DNA of 64,000 nucleotides from an uncultured bacterium (GTDB lineage Bacteria; Hydrothermota; UBA3072): NCBI GenBank assembly GCA_964523975.1, contig CAZGBM010000001.1:6116-70115 (forward strand). The letters run 5' to 3'. A program made the translations under genes and the position numbers. Below the pieces are notes generated by a model that had not been told where the DNA came from, searched no databases, and worked only from the letters and a program-made list of their open reading frames with translations. Positions 46,679 through 56,968 of the stretch are shown in pieces. The stretch's first letter is position 1. Every line of letters starts with the position of its first letter.

Positions 46679-48430
46679 TCAGTGAATAGAATTATAGACA
46701 ATATCTGCCAGTTTTCTTCCGATTCCCGGCACTTCATTTATTTCTTCTTTAGACGCCGCAAGTATTCTATCTTTTGAACCAAAGTGCTGTATTAAAGAAA
46801 CTTTACGCTTATAACCTATACCTTCAATCTCATCCAATTCCGAAAGAGAGAGTTTTTTCCTTCTGAGTTTTTTATGATAATTCAAAGCAAACGAATGAGC
46901 TTCGTTGCGTACCCTGATTAACAGTCGTAATGCTTCCGACCGGAAAGGTAAAGAAATAATTTTTCCACTCGGTAAATATATCTCTTCAACTCTTTTTGCA
47001 AGAGCTATCACAGGGATTTTCAAAGATGTGATTTTCTCAATCACTTTAATAGCCGAATTTAACTGAGTTTTCCCTCCGTCAATTAAAATCAAATCCGGTA
47101 AATCTTCTTCGGAAATCAGTCTTTTTATTCTCCTGGAAACAATTTCTCCTATCATCGCAGGGTCGTTTATACCTTCAACACTCTTAATCTTAAAACGTCT
47201 ATATTTTTCCTTCACGGGAAATCCATTTATAAAAACAACACACGAACCCACGGAATCGGAACCTCCAATATTCGAAATATCAAATCCTTCTATTCTAAGA
47301 GGAACTTTTTCAAAAGAAAGAATATTCTGAAGTTCGACAAGAGAACTATTCAGTCCTCTCACGGGATGCAGAAACTCTCTTTCCAGTTCAAGTTTTGCAT
47401 TTTTCATAGCCATCTCTATTAATTTTCTCAAATCGCCTCTTTCAGGTATCCTGATTTTGGAAGGTAAAAGCTGTTCCAACAGAACCCTGTCCTCTATTTT
47501 AACCGGAATCAAAATTTCTTCGGGAATATATGAAACTTTAAGATATTTCCAGAGAATAAATCTACGTATATAGTCCCCTAACGACACATCTTCACCCGAA
47601 CGAAGAACATATCTCTCCGTGTTAATCAATTTCCCCTCTCTTATTTGAAAAAGAAAAATAGAAGCCATTCCAGATTTATTACCGATCCCAATAACATCTC
47701 TGGATTTTTTATCTTCAAGTACCATACGCTGCTTTTTTGTTAAATCCCGCAGGCTCATAAGCTGGTTTCTATAAATGGCAGCCATTTCAAAATTCAATTC
47801 TTCAGCAGACTTTTTCATTTTTTCTTGGATTATTTTCTCAAGTTTCTTCGTTTTACCCCGAAGAAAATCTATTATTTCTTCGATAAATCCTCCATATTCA
47901 TCTTTTCCGATTTTTCCTATACAGGGACCAATACATTTATCGATATGGTATTGAAGACAAACTTTATCCGGTAAATTTTTACCTCTACATGTTCTGACAG
48001 GAAAAAAATTTCTAACTGTTTTAAGTGATTTTTTGACAGCCTTTACATCCGCATACGGTCCAAAATAAAGAGAACCGTCATTTTCGATCTTTCTAGTATA
48101 AAAAATAGCCGGAAATTCATCTTTTATTGTTATTTTTATATATGGATATCTTTTATCGTCTTTCAATCTTACATTATATTTAGGCTGATGTTCTTTTATC
48201 TCATTTTCTTCCAGTATTAAAGCTTCCAGTTCGTTTGAGGTAGCGGTATAATCCAGAAATTTTGCTTTTTGTATTATTCTATTTTCCTTTATAGAGTTTC
48301 TGCCGGTAAAATAACTTTTGATTCTCTTTCTCAAATTTTTCGCTTTACCGATATAGAGTATCTCTTCTTCATTTCCGAAATGATATACTCCCGGAAGTTC
48401 AGGAATATCTTTTAATGAAATCTCTATCAT
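46679..48430 (-). CDS. uvrC: Excinuclease ABC subunit C
   Basis: 583 aa; GIY-YIG N-terminus (GVYHFGNEEEILYIGKAKNLRKR), UvrC homology region, C-terminal HhH. Confidence 0.9.
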   Translation of the reverse strand: MIEISLKDIPELPGVYHFGNEEEILYIGKAKNLRKRIKSYFTGRNSIKENRIIQKAKFLDYTATSNELEALILEENEIKEHQPKYNVRLKDDKRYPYIKITIKDEFPAIFYTRKIENDGSLYFGPYADVKAVKKSLKTVRNFFPVRTCRGKNLPDKVCLQYHIDKCIGPCIGKIGKDEYGGFIEEIIDFLRGKTKKLEKIIQEKMKKSAEELNFEMAAIYRNQLMSLRDLTKKQRMVLEDKKSRDVIGIGNKSGMASIFLFQIREGKLINTERYVLRSGEDVSLGDYIRRFILWKYLKVSYIPEEILIPVKIEDRVLLEQLLPSKIRIPERGDLRKLIEMAMKNAKLELEREFLHPVRGLNSSLVELQNILSFEKVPLRIEGFDISNIGGSDSVGSCVVFINGFPVKEKYRRFKIKSVEGINDPAMIGEIVSRRIKRLISEEDLPDLILIDGGKTQLNSAIKVIEKITSLKIPVIALAKRVEEIYLPSGKIISLPFRSEALRLLIRVRNEAHSFALNYHKKLRRKKLSLSELDEIEGIGYKRKVSLIQHFGSKDRILAASKEEINEVPGIGRKLADIVYNSIH

Positions 48431-48468
48431 GGATATAAATTAAGATTATTTCTTATCCTCCGCAAGTC

Positions 48469-48690
48469 TTAACTGAAATTTAACCACGAGATTACACAAG
48501 ATTAACACCAGATTTTTTTGTTGTTTAAAACCCACCCCCATCCCAAATATTTCGACAGGATTAACAAGATAAACAGGATATATTTTTTTTATTTTAACCC
48601 TCCAAACTTCCCAACCCCTAACTTCCTAACTGATATTTCACACAGAGTCCACAGAGAAAAAAAACAATATTTTTTGTTTTTATTGACTCG
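48469..48690. repeat. G-rich modular repeat region (reverse orientation)
   Basis: The reverse complement reads gggatgggggtgggttttaaacaacaaaaaaatctggtgttaatcttgtg and cagttaggaagttaggggttggg, matching loci at 18100-18335 and 19050-19260. Confidence 0.55.
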
Positions 48691-48800
48691 CGACCAGTGA
48701 CTAATGACAAGCGACTGCATTCCATAATGCGGTTGACAAACGAAAAAGAACAATTATTTTAACAATCAAGAACTCAAAAAAAGGGGGAGTAGATAAGATT

Positions 48801-49592
48801 ATGGAAATTACCATTACTTCCGATTATGATGAGATGAGCAGGGCGTCTGCTCGAATAATTTCAGAAGAGATTCAAAAAAAGCATGACCTTGTATTGGGTC
48901 TGGCAACCGGAGATACTCCAATCGGTACCTATAAAGAACTCGTAAAAATACATAAAAAAGAAGGCCTGGATTTTTCTAAAGTAAAGTCTTTCAATTTAGA
49001 TGAGTACCTGGGGCTCGCTCCACTACACAAAAACAGTTATAACTACTTTATGTGGGAAAATCTGTTTAAACACATAAATATAAACCCCGAGAACGTTTAT
49101 ATACCTCAGGGAAATATGAAGGACCCCGAACAATTTTGTATATGGTATGAAAAACAAATTGAAAAAGTCGGCGGCATAGATCTTCAGGTACTTGGTATCG
49201 GTGCCGACGGTCATATTGCTTTCAATGAACCGGGGTCTTCTTTTGCAAGCCGTACAAGAGTAAAAGCATTGTATAAACAAACAATAGAAGATAATGCCCG
49301 TTTTTTCGACAAAATTGAAGAAGTCCCTCGTTTTGCCATTACTATGGGAATAGGAACTATTATGGAAGCAAAAAAAATACTCCTTATAGCAAACGGAAAA
49401 AATAAAGCCGAAGTATGTGCTCAATTTATCGAAGGACCGGTTACAAGTCAGATAACTGCAACTGCTTTACAATTACACAGTTATGTAAACGTAGTTCTGG
49501 ATAACGAGGCTGCCTCAAAACTTACAAGAACCGAGTATTACAACTGGGTGCGCGATAACAAGCATTTAATCCAGAAAAAGGTAGGACGATAA
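48801..49592 (+). CDS. nagB: Glucosamine-6-phosphate deaminase
   Basis: 263 aa; LGLATGDTP and GIGADGHIAFNEPGSS motifs. Confidence 0.85.
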   Translation: MEITITSDYDEMSRASARIISEEIQKKHDLVLGLATGDTPIGTYKELVKIHKKEGLDFSKVKSFNLDEYLGLAPLHKNSYNYFMWENLFKHININPENVYIPQGNMKDPEQFCIWYEKQIEKVGGIDLQVLGIGADGHIAFNEPGSSFASRTRVKALYKQTIEDNARFFDKIEEVPRFAITMGIGTIMEAKKILLIANGKNKAEVCAQFIEGPVTSQITATALQLHSYVNVVLDNEAASKLTRTEYYNWVRDNKHLIQKKVGR

Positions 49593-49880
49593 TTTAAACA
49601 TTGAAGCAATTGAAAATATATAAGTGATTCATTTGTCAAAATAGAAGTCATATTGGATTTAAATTTAAATAATAGTACATTTGGACGTTTGAATTGTAAA
49701 TAACTTGACAAACAAGAACAATTATTTAATATTATTAACAACACAAAAGGCTTTTCAATTATATAAGGAGGTAAATTTATAAACCTAATAATTTTATTTT
49801 TATTTGCTAATGATTATACGCCCTTCCAGTCGTTCTGGGATTTTTATACAGATAACAGAATATCTTCTTCAGCCTGTGGT

Positions 49881-50522
49881 ATGGGTTATACCAGAGTAGC
49901 AAATAGAGGTAGCATATCAAGCACCTTCATAAATCCCGCTTCCCTATCTTTAGAAAATAAAAAGCAGCTCTATTTTGAATATGTTTACAAAGATGATATA
50001 GAATGGATTGCGGATATTAAATACAAAAACTTAAATCCCAATTTTTCCATTGGTTTTGGTCTGCCTATAAATGATTATTTCCAAATCGGTTTAACCTATC
50101 GGATAGAAAATTCTCTTAAGGCGGACTATGGAGAAATGCAGGGAACAGCGGTCAGCGATACAGCTGAAGATGGTTACATAGATACTGGTCTAATAGAAGC
50201 TTATAGAGACCTTAAAATCAGTTCTTTTTCAGTACCTATTGTATTTAAATTCAAAGATATGCTTAACATTGGAATCGACTTGAGTTATACCAATTTTTAT
50301 TCGAAATATTTTCTGGGAACCGACGCTGACACTCTGGAAGCAGAATCTAATACTCCAAAAGTAGAATTCAATAAAATAAGACCCAAAATTGGAATCATCT
50401 TCTCCCCTTTGAAAAATCTTTCTTTCGGTTTAACTTATTTAGCTGAAACAAAAGAAGCTGTCATCATTGAAACTGATACCTTAGACCCTAATATATTCCC
50501 ACATTCACCACCTTCGGGATAA
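49881..50522 (+). CDS. Outer-membrane beta-barrel-like protein, possibly PorP/SprF-like; N-terminus uncertain
   Basis: 213 aa from the ATG. The frame is open back to 49767 and encodes a hydrophobic segment (NLIILFLFA) with no ATG/GTG/TTG. GGAGG at 49766-49770 precedes ATA at 49779. FINPASL motif near the N-terminus. Confidence 0.45.
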   Translation: MGYTRVANRGSISSTFINPASLSLENKKQLYFEYVYKDDIEWIADIKYKNLNPNFSIGFGLPINDYFQIGLTYRIENSLKADYGEMQGTAVSDTAEDGYIDTGLIEAYRDLKISSFSVPIVFKFKDMLNIGIDLSYTNFYSKYFLGTDADTLEAESNTPKVEFNKIRPKIGIIFSPLKNLSFGLTYLAETKEAVIIETDTLDPNIFPHSPPSG

Positions 50523-50689
50523 CCTATAAAGTTAGTTCTCTAACATTAAATTTATCTTTAATGGACAGTCATTTGTTTTCCAGTGGCTCGGTCGAACAAA
50601 CTTACGTAAACACTGGAATAAGTTATGGTTTTTAAAACCTTTTTATTGGCCACTAAGTCACCAAGACACAAAGGACGGAGATTTCTAAA

Positions 50690-51036
50690 TAAAAATAACA
50701 AATTAGCTGTCAGGCTTTGTGTCTTTGCGTGATGAAAATTTTTGGGTGGTGGTATGGGCTTTAAACTAAAAATATATTGTGCTCTTTGTGTGCTCTGTGT
50801 GAGATAAATTTGGTGCGGTGGGTCGGGTTTTAAACAACAATATAATTTTTTTTCTCTGTGTGTTTTTTGTTTTCTCTGTGTCCTCTGTGGTAATTATTTT
50901 AGTTAGGATATTAGAAAGTTAGGTGGTCGGGAAGTTAGAACAAACATAATATAAGGGTTGCGTGGAAGGGCTTTGTGTTCTTTGTGTCTTTGTGTGAGAA
51001 TATTTTTGTTGTTTTAGGGTTGTGGGTGGTTCTCCC
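50690..51036. repeat. G-rich modular tandem repeat (3-4 diverged units)
   Basis: Repeated ctttgtg(t/c)(c/t)tctgtgtgaga(t)aa plus ttgg(g)tg(c/g)g(t)ggg(t)(c/t)gggttttaaacaacaa(t)ata units, with an inserted gttaggaagttagg-like module. Confidence 0.6.
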
Positions 51037-51064
51037 TTGACAAAAGCTTATATTTTAAATATTA

Positions 51065-51541
51065 ATGAACATGCGAATTGGTTTTGGATATGATTTGCAC
51101 CGATTGGTAGAAAATCGGAAACTTATAATAGGAGGAGTCGAAATAAAAAGCCCTCTTGGGCTTCTCGGACATTCAGACGGAGATGTGCTCATACATACTG
51201 TTATTGACTCCCTTCTTGGCGCTTTCGCTCTAAATGATATAGGAACACATTTCCCTGATACCGATGATTCTTATAAAGATATTTCGAGTTTACACTTGTT
51301 GAAAGAAACCATGAAGATAATTCCAGGTAAGGTTATCAATATAGATGCAACGATAGTTGCAGAATACCCAAAAATGGCTCCTTATATTTCTTCTATGAGA
51401 AAAAATATTTCGGAAGCTACCGGTATGGATGTTTCATCCGTTTCCATTAAAGCAAAAACTAACGAAGGTCTTGGATACGTCGGAAGAAAAGAAGCCATTG
51501 CCTGTTATTGCGTTTCTCTATGCAAGGAGGTAAGTAAATGA
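51065..51541 (+). CDS. ispF: 2-C-methyl-D-erythritol 2,4-cyclodiphosphate synthase
   Basis: 158 aa; GFGYDLHRL...GHSDGDVLIHTVIDSLLGA motifs; the second Met (51071) may be the true start. Confidence 0.9.
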   Translation: MNMRIGFGYDLHRLVENRKLIIGGVEIKSPLGLLGHSDGDVLIHTVIDSLLGAFALNDIGTHFPDTDDSYKDISSLHLLKETMKIIPGKVINIDATIVAEYPKMAPYISSMRKNISEATGMDVSSVSIKAKTNEGLGYVGRKEAIACYCVSLCKEVSK

Positions 51542-54303
51542 ACTTTCTTTTTTTGGTATTATCGCTTACACCGGTAAAGGATTTCAAATATGCAAAAGGA
51601 CTCTTTGAAGACGGGTTTTACGACCTTGCGGAAACCGAATTTGTTGACTTTATAAGTAATTATCCCAACAGCATATATGCTCCGGAAGCCGCTGTTCTTT
51701 TAGTCAAATCACTGAACATGCAAGGAAGCTCCGAAAAAGCAATTATAAAAAGTAAAGAGTTCATTTTTAAATACCCATCCCAAAAAGAGGATTTCCTTAT
51801 CGAGTGGAGTAAAGCAGAGATAAAACTTGCCAATTACGATTCGGCAATAGAAGTAATAAACCGAATTACAGATAAAGATAAAAGAGAACTCTATCTTGGC
51901 GAAGCTTACTACGCAAAAGGAGATTTTAAAGAAGCCCTTAATCATTATTCGAAGTCGGGTCTACCATACAGCAATCTAAGTATAGGCTGGACTTATACGG
52001 CATTAAAAGATTACAAAAAAGCTGCATCGTTTTTTGCAAAAGCAAAAGGAGAGTATCCGGAAGAAAGCTCTTTCCTTTACGCTAAATCACTATTTCTTTC
52101 AAATAATAAAGACTCGGAAAACGCTTTTCTCTCATATCTTAAAGATTTTCCCGAAGGGAAATATACCGCTCGAACATATTCCTACCTTGCAGATATTAAA
52201 GAAAACGAGGGAAAAATCGAAGAAGCAATTCAATACTTAAAAAAAATTCCGCTTGGGGACCCTTCTCTTGCAGGTTTCTCTTATTACAGAATAGGACTCA
52301 TTGAACACGAAAGAGGCAACTACAAAGAAGCGATAGAATATTTTGATAGCGTTGGCGAAAACGACCTGTATTTCTGGGACGCCCGGTACTGGAAAGCTTT
52401 AACTTTAAGTAAACAAGGCAATGAAAACGAAGCGCTTACAAACCTTATTCCGATAAGCAAAAGCAGTTCTACTTTAAAGAACGAATCACTATTTGAAATA
52501 GCACTGATATACAAAAAACGGGGTGATTACAACCAGGCTAAAGAAATCTTTAAAAACGTAGAAGGCGAATTATGGGATGAGGCGTGCATTGAAGTTGGAA
52601 ATATTTTACTGAAAGAGGAAAATTACGTTGAAGCCTATTCCGAATTCATGAAAGTAGTTGAAATGGGAAAGGGAAATGTTAATCTTGCGTTATTTCAAGC
52701 CGCATTAACAAAGAAAAAACAAGGTGAATTCAATAATTCTCTTGGTCTTCTGGAGAAATATGAGCAGAAATTTCCCGGAGGTAACGAAATTGGTAAAGTT
52801 CATCTGTTAAAAGGTGATATCTATCAAAACCTTAAAGAATACCGGAAAGCAATGGAAGAATACAATAAAGTTGATACAGAAAAGTCTCCCGAACTGGCTC
52901 CCTATGTTCTTGAGGCAAAAGGATGGGCATGGATGGGGCTAAAAAGATATGATATGGCATTTAATAACCTTGAAGAATTATCTAAAAAATTTCCCGATTT
53001 TTGCAGCAGAGCCGAGATTTATTTCCAGCTTGGTAATGCAGCTTACGCAATGGGAGATACGAAAGCGGCTGAACGGGCTTTCCGTCAGGTACAGGGCGAG
53101 CGAAAACCCGAAGCCTTATTCAACCTCGGAAAGATGTATCTCGAAAACAAGGAATATAATAAAGCAATCGAAGAATTTGTGAATATAAAAAGAGATTTTT
53201 CCGTTTCGAATTACAGCGAAGTAAGTTCTTATTATATCGCTCTAGCTTTACGAAAAAGTAACGATTTAAGGGCTTCAAATGAACATCTTTATACGATGAT
53301 TTCCGAATCCCAAGATGCTGAAATCTTGGTAGAATCTTTTTTGCTTCTCGGTGATAATTACTTCGACCAGGCTAAATTTGACTCTTCGTTTAAATACTAT
53401 ACCAGAGGATTCGAGATGACAAGAGAAAAGCTACAAGGCGCGGATGCGTCTTCCTTAACGATCTCTGCAGTCCGGGGTATTTTATTATCCGTAAATAAAT
53501 CATGGGGAAGTTCACAAATGGAGAAAGAAGCAAAAGATCTTATAAGAAAATTAAAGGGGAGTAATTTAGAAGGAAAAGTTAATCTCCTTGTAGGAAGCAT
53601 GCTTTTCAACTCCGGAGAATACAACAGAGCTATTAATTACCTGGAATATTCCAACGAGCCGGATAGTTACTACCAAGTGGGTCTTGCCTTTTTGAAATTG
53701 GGACGGAGAGAACAGGCAATTCAATTTCTGAATAAAGCAGCAAAAACAAATGAATTTAAGGATAAAGCCCTCCTGGAACTTGGCAGGATTGAATTTAATT
53801 CAGGCAATATAGAAGGGGCAAAAAAATACCTGGTCAAATCTTCGTCTAATGAAGCATCTCTTTTGTATGCGCTGTGTTTGAAAAAAGAGGGAAAGGAAAA
53901 AGAATCCGTGGAACAGCTACTGCAATTGAGAGGTAAAGTTGAGGGTCTGGCTTATATTGAACTCGCAAAAATCCAGATGGAAAATAAAGATTTTGCCTCC
54001 GCATTAAAAAATCTTCAAGAAGCTATAGCATTTGAACGCTCGGAAGCTGAAGCTTACTATCTTACCGGTCAAATATTAATCAATACCGGAAAGGAAGAAG
54101 AAGCTTTAAAAACGCTCCTTAAAGTTAAATACTTACACCCGGAAAGCGAGTGGGTATCCGCATCTCTTTTACTTTTATCCGAAATAACCATAAAAAGAGG
54201 TGAAAAAGAAAGAGCGTTGAATTATTTACAGGAAATAGTCGAAAGAGGCGATGAACCCTGGAAAACGAAAGCCAAAAACAAAATTTCAGAGTTGAAAAAA
54301 TGA
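51538..54303 (+). CDS. Large TPR-repeat protein with N-terminal signal sequence
   Basis: 921 aa; numerous 34-residue TPR-like repeats (W/Y...A..Y....G.Y..A...F); overlaps ispF stop by 4 nt. Confidence 0.7.
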   Translation: MNFLFLVLSLTPVKDFKYAKGLFEDGFYDLAETEFVDFISNYPNSIYAPEAAVLLVKSLNMQGSSEKAIIKSKEFIFKYPSQKEDFLIEWSKAEIKLANYDSAIEVINRITDKDKRELYLGEAYYAKGDFKEALNHYSKSGLPYSNLSIGWTYTALKDYKKAASFFAKAKGEYPEESSFLYAKSLFLSNNKDSENAFLSYLKDFPEGKYTARTYSYLADIKENEGKIEEAIQYLKKIPLGDPSLAGFSYYRIGLIEHERGNYKEAIEYFDSVGENDLYFWDARYWKALTLSKQGNENEALTNLIPISKSSSTLKNESLFEIALIYKKRGDYNQAKEIFKNVEGELWDEACIEVGNILLKEENYVEAYSEFMKVVEMGKGNVNLALFQAALTKKKQGEFNNSLGLLEKYEQKFPGGNEIGKVHLLKGDIYQNLKEYRKAMEEYNKVDTEKSPELAPYVLEAKGWAWMGLKRYDMAFNNLEELSKKFPDFCSRAEIYFQLGNAAYAMGDTKAAERAFRQVQGERKPEALFNLGKMYLENKEYNKAIEEFVNIKRDFSVSNYSEVSSYYIALALRKSNDLRASNEHLYTMISESQDAEILVESFLLLGDNYFDQAKFDSSFKYYTRGFEMTREKLQGADASSLTISAVRGILLSVNKSWGSSQMEKEAKDLIRKLKGSNLEGKVNLLVGSMLFNSGEYNRAINYLEYSNEPDSYYQVGLAFLKLGRREQAIQFLNKAAKTNEFKDKALLELGRIEFNSGNIEGAKKYLVKSSSNEASLLYALCLKKEGKEKESVEQLLQLRGKVEGLAYIELAKIQMENKDFASALKNLQEAIAFERSEAEAYYLTGQILINTGKEEEALKTLLKVKYLHPESEWVSASLLLLSEITIKRGEKERALNYLQEIVERGDEPWKTKAKNKISELKK

Positions 54304-55466
54304 AAAGAAATCCGATTCTTTCCGTAATTTTCGTTTTCTCTGTATTAAATTTAAGTGCCGATATTCTGGATATACCCGAAGTAAAAGTATACGGAGAAAG
54401 GAAAATCGAATTTAAGACGATAAAAAAAGAACTCCTGCCGTTCGAAAAAGAATACCTGGAACCTGCGGTCACCAAAAAGAAAAAAGGGCTGCCAATTTTT
54501 GAAGTCCGCAAAGAAAAAATAAATATGAAAAATATTGGATGTCAAATACAGGGAAATGCCGGAACATACCTGGGAGGCCATCTTCTCGGTTACGCAAGAA
54601 AAAACTTATATCCATTGGAAGTAGGCATGAATTTCATTACAGGTTCAAAAGCAGTGGACTCATCCCTACAGGTCTTTTCAAGGACTTCCATAGAAAATCT
54701 TTACGTTAGTTCGGCTGTTTTGGGCAGAAAATCATTTAAACCTGTTTACCGATTAAATGTTAGCAACATTCACGATATTATCGATTTTGATTTATTTGGA
54801 ATATATTCCGACTCTCTCATAGGAGTTGCCGATATTGACTTTAAATACAGTTACTTTCGATTGAATTTACAAGTCGAAACATCTATGAACTACAACGTAA
54901 AAGTTGCATATGAAGAATATCCGATTCAAGCCGGAATAGTATTGTTTGAGAATAATAGAATCTATCCTGAATTAGTTTTCTTTCTGCCTGTTTACGACTT
55001 ATACATTAAAGGTAATTTATTTAATAAAACAGGTATAGCTTATTTATATTGCCAATCTCTCCCGTATCTGCCAGAATACTCATCTTCCGATACCTATTAC
55101 CGCATCGAATTCGGTCAATCGACAAACATCCTGCCATTATCCCTGATTTATTCCCGTTATTTAGACAACTCTTTAAATTACATAGGTATAAAAGGCACTT
55201 ACAGAGAAATATTTTTCGAATTCGAATATCCTTTGGAATCCGATTACGATTATATCTTAAGAACAGGATTAGGCACCGAATTCTCAGGATTAATATATGC
55301 AAATATTTTCGGGTATATGAACGGTTCGGAAAATTACTTTATAGGAGCTGATTTAGGATATAACTTAATGAATTACTTAAAAGTGGGAATAGAAGCTGAT
55401 TATATTTACAATCTGAGCAGCGAAAACGGTTTCGATATAAGCGGATATGTCTTTGTTTCCTTTTGA
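54300..55466 (+). CDS. Outer-membrane beta-barrel protein
   Basis: 388 aa; signal peptide, alternating amphipathic strands, C-terminal YVFVSF with terminal Phe; 4-nt overlap with the TPR gene. Confidence 0.55.
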   Translation: MKRNPILSVIFVFSVLNLSADILDIPEVKVYGERKIEFKTIKKELLPFEKEYLEPAVTKKKKGLPIFEVRKEKINMKNIGCQIQGNAGTYLGGHLLGYARKNLYPLEVGMNFITGSKAVDSSLQVFSRTSIENLYVSSAVLGRKSFKPVYRLNVSNIHDIIDFDLFGIYSDSLIGVADIDFKYSYFRLNLQVETSMNYNVKVAYEEYPIQAGIVLFENNRIYPELVFFLPVYDLYIKGNLFNKTGIAYLYCQSLPYLPEYSSSDTYYRIEFGQSTNILPLSLIYSRYLDNSLNYIGIKGTYREIFFEFEYPLESDYDYILRTGLGTEFSGLIYANIFGYMNGSENYFIGADLGYNLMNYLKVGIEADYIYNLSSENGFDISGYVFVSF

Positions 55467-55956
55467 TATAGAGATATTCAACGAGCAAAAAGAACAAAAA
55501 CAAAAAAGAGTTACCACTTGCACCAAGTGTGGCAAAAAAATGCAAATCCCCGAAGAACACTACAAAGAAGAACAAATAAAAACTCTAAACTTCGTATGTT
55601 CCGATTGCACCAACAACGAAATAGTAGAAACAGAAATACAATTAGAAAAAGAGATCATCTCAAAATCAGATATCAATCCGGATAAAAAATACAGCACGCC
55701 AGAAGCAGCCAAAAGATTGGGACTCTGTATCGGGACAGTCCATAAAGAAATACGAAGAGGCAAAATAAAAGCCGGAAGAGGAAAAGGAAAAATCAAACCC
55801 CGTTACCGCATTTCAGGAAAAGAACTCATTAAATACGCGAAGAACTGCCATAAACGACAAATAGGCGCTCATAAAACCCCCAGGAAGCGTTTCTCCGCCC
55901 CAACCCGCAGTTGTATACCCTTGATTTTGGAGTATAAAGATGAGTATCCTGTATAA
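55447..55956 (+). CDS. Zinc-ribbon plus helix-turn-helix (excisionase/MerR-like) DNA-binding protein
   Basis: 169 aa; CTKCGKK...CSDCTNNE zinc ribbon then STPEAAKRLGLCIGTVHKEIRRGKIKA HTH; basic C-terminus. Confidence 0.5.
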   Translation: MSLFPFDIEIFNEQKEQKQKRVTTCTKCGKKMQIPEEHYKEEQIKTLNFVCSDCTNNEIVETEIQLEKEIISKSDINPDKKYSTPEAAKRLGLCIGTVHKEIRRGKIKAGRGKGKIKPRYRISGKELIKYAKNCHKRQIGAHKTPRKRFSAPTRSCIPLILEYKDEYPV

Positions 55957-56079
55957 AATTAAGGAGGTTTAAAAGTATCAGAGTGAAAAAATCAATTATA
56001 TTACCCAAAACTAAAAGAAACGACCTTTAAACAAGGAGAGAGAAAGAAGAAAGAAGGCAAATCGAGAGAATTGTTTTAA

Positions 56080-56292
56080 ATGAAAAAGAAAACTAAAGAA
56101 TTAGAGTATTATTTTAATCCCTTGGTCTTATACTTAAACGATTTGGAAAAAATTGAAGAGTTCTTCAAAGAAGCTGGTTGCAATGTAAAAATTGAAACCG
56201 AAAATTTTGTCCTCGGGAATATAAAAGAATTAAAAGAGCAACTAGTAGATAATGTTTTTAATGGTTGGACGGTTAGCCAGTGTGTCAGTTAA
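56080..56292 (+). CDS. Hypothetical small protein
   Basis: 70 aa ORF followed by an IVS-like arm; no recognisable motif. Confidence 0.35.
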   Translation: MKKKTKELEYYFNPLVLYLNDLEKIEEFFKEAGCNVKIETENFVLGNIKELKEQLVDNVFNGWTVSQCVS

Positions 56293-56415
56293 TCATTTAG
56301 TCTGTTGGCCTGTAGAAAAACTACACCAATAAATTTTGATTCGTGTTATTCGCCTGCCCCGTAAAGAAGAATGAGTGTATCGGGGTGCAATTCGTTGTTT
56401 CTTCGTTTCTTTGAA

Positions 56416-56488
56416 TTCCTTTTTGGATTCTGATATATCATTTTACATTTTGATATTTGATTTTTACTTTCTAGCGGCTCTGCCGCTT
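56416..56488. repeat. Solo arm plus hairpin of the IVS-like family
   Basis: ttttggattctgatatatcattttacattttgatatttgatttttac followed by tagcggctctgccgctta. Confidence 0.55.
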
Positions 56489-56494
56489 ACCCGC

Positions 56495-56523
56495 TTGACA
56501 TTCCCCCGCTTTCAGCATATACT
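56495..56523 (+). promoter_or_regulatory. Sigma70-type promoter TTGACA-17-TATACT
   Basis: cTTGACAttcccccgctttcagcaTATACTataaatacAGGAGGtaaaaATG upstream of the 99-aa ORF. Confidence 0.45.
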
Positions 56524-56542
56524 ATAAATACAGGAGGTAAAA

Positions 56543-56842
56543 ATGGAACAATCAAAAATCTCAATGAAATTTTATAAGGACGCAGATATGGGAAACCAAA
56601 CTCAAGGGGCGTATTGGTTAAGTTTATATAAAAACGGCAAAAACATTAGTAACGAACCTTTTGTTAAACAAGACCTTGCACAATTGAAGTCTATTGCTCA
56701 AAAGAAAGGAGATTCAGGACACATTGAACTACACAAGTGGTTAAAAAATAACCGCCCTAGATTTTTTGAAAAATCCATTACAGATTCCGATCCGGATAGG
56801 ATTGTTGTAGAAATCCTTAAATTTTTAAAAGAAATTTTATAA
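56543..56842 (+). CDS. Hypothetical small protein
   Basis: 99 aa ORF with strong RBS AGGAGG at 56533-56538; no recognisable motif. Confidence 0.45.
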   Translation: MEQSKISMKFYKDADMGNQTQGAYWLSLYKNGKNISNEPFVKQDLAQLKSIAQKKGDSGHIELHKWLKNNRPRFFEKSITDSDPDRIVVEILKFLKEIL

Positions 56843-56911
56843 GTAGTATAAATGAATGAAAAAGCTAATCCCTATAATTCTATTTATCCTCTTCTGCACC
56901 TCTATTTTTTA

Positions 56912-56968
56912 AATTCATTTTTGAACTTTGATTTGTAATTTTACATTTTGCTATTTGATTTTTAAATT
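56912..56968. repeat. Solo arm of the IVS-like family
   Basis: ttcatttttgaactttgatttgtaattttacattttgctatttgatttttaaatttcag. Confidence 0.5.

Noticed and set aside
55447-55956. Integrated prophage or integrative element suggested by an excisionase-like HTH protein
   Set aside because: No integrase, transposase, phage structural genes, att-like direct repeats or tRNA target were found nearby; treated as a standalone regulator.
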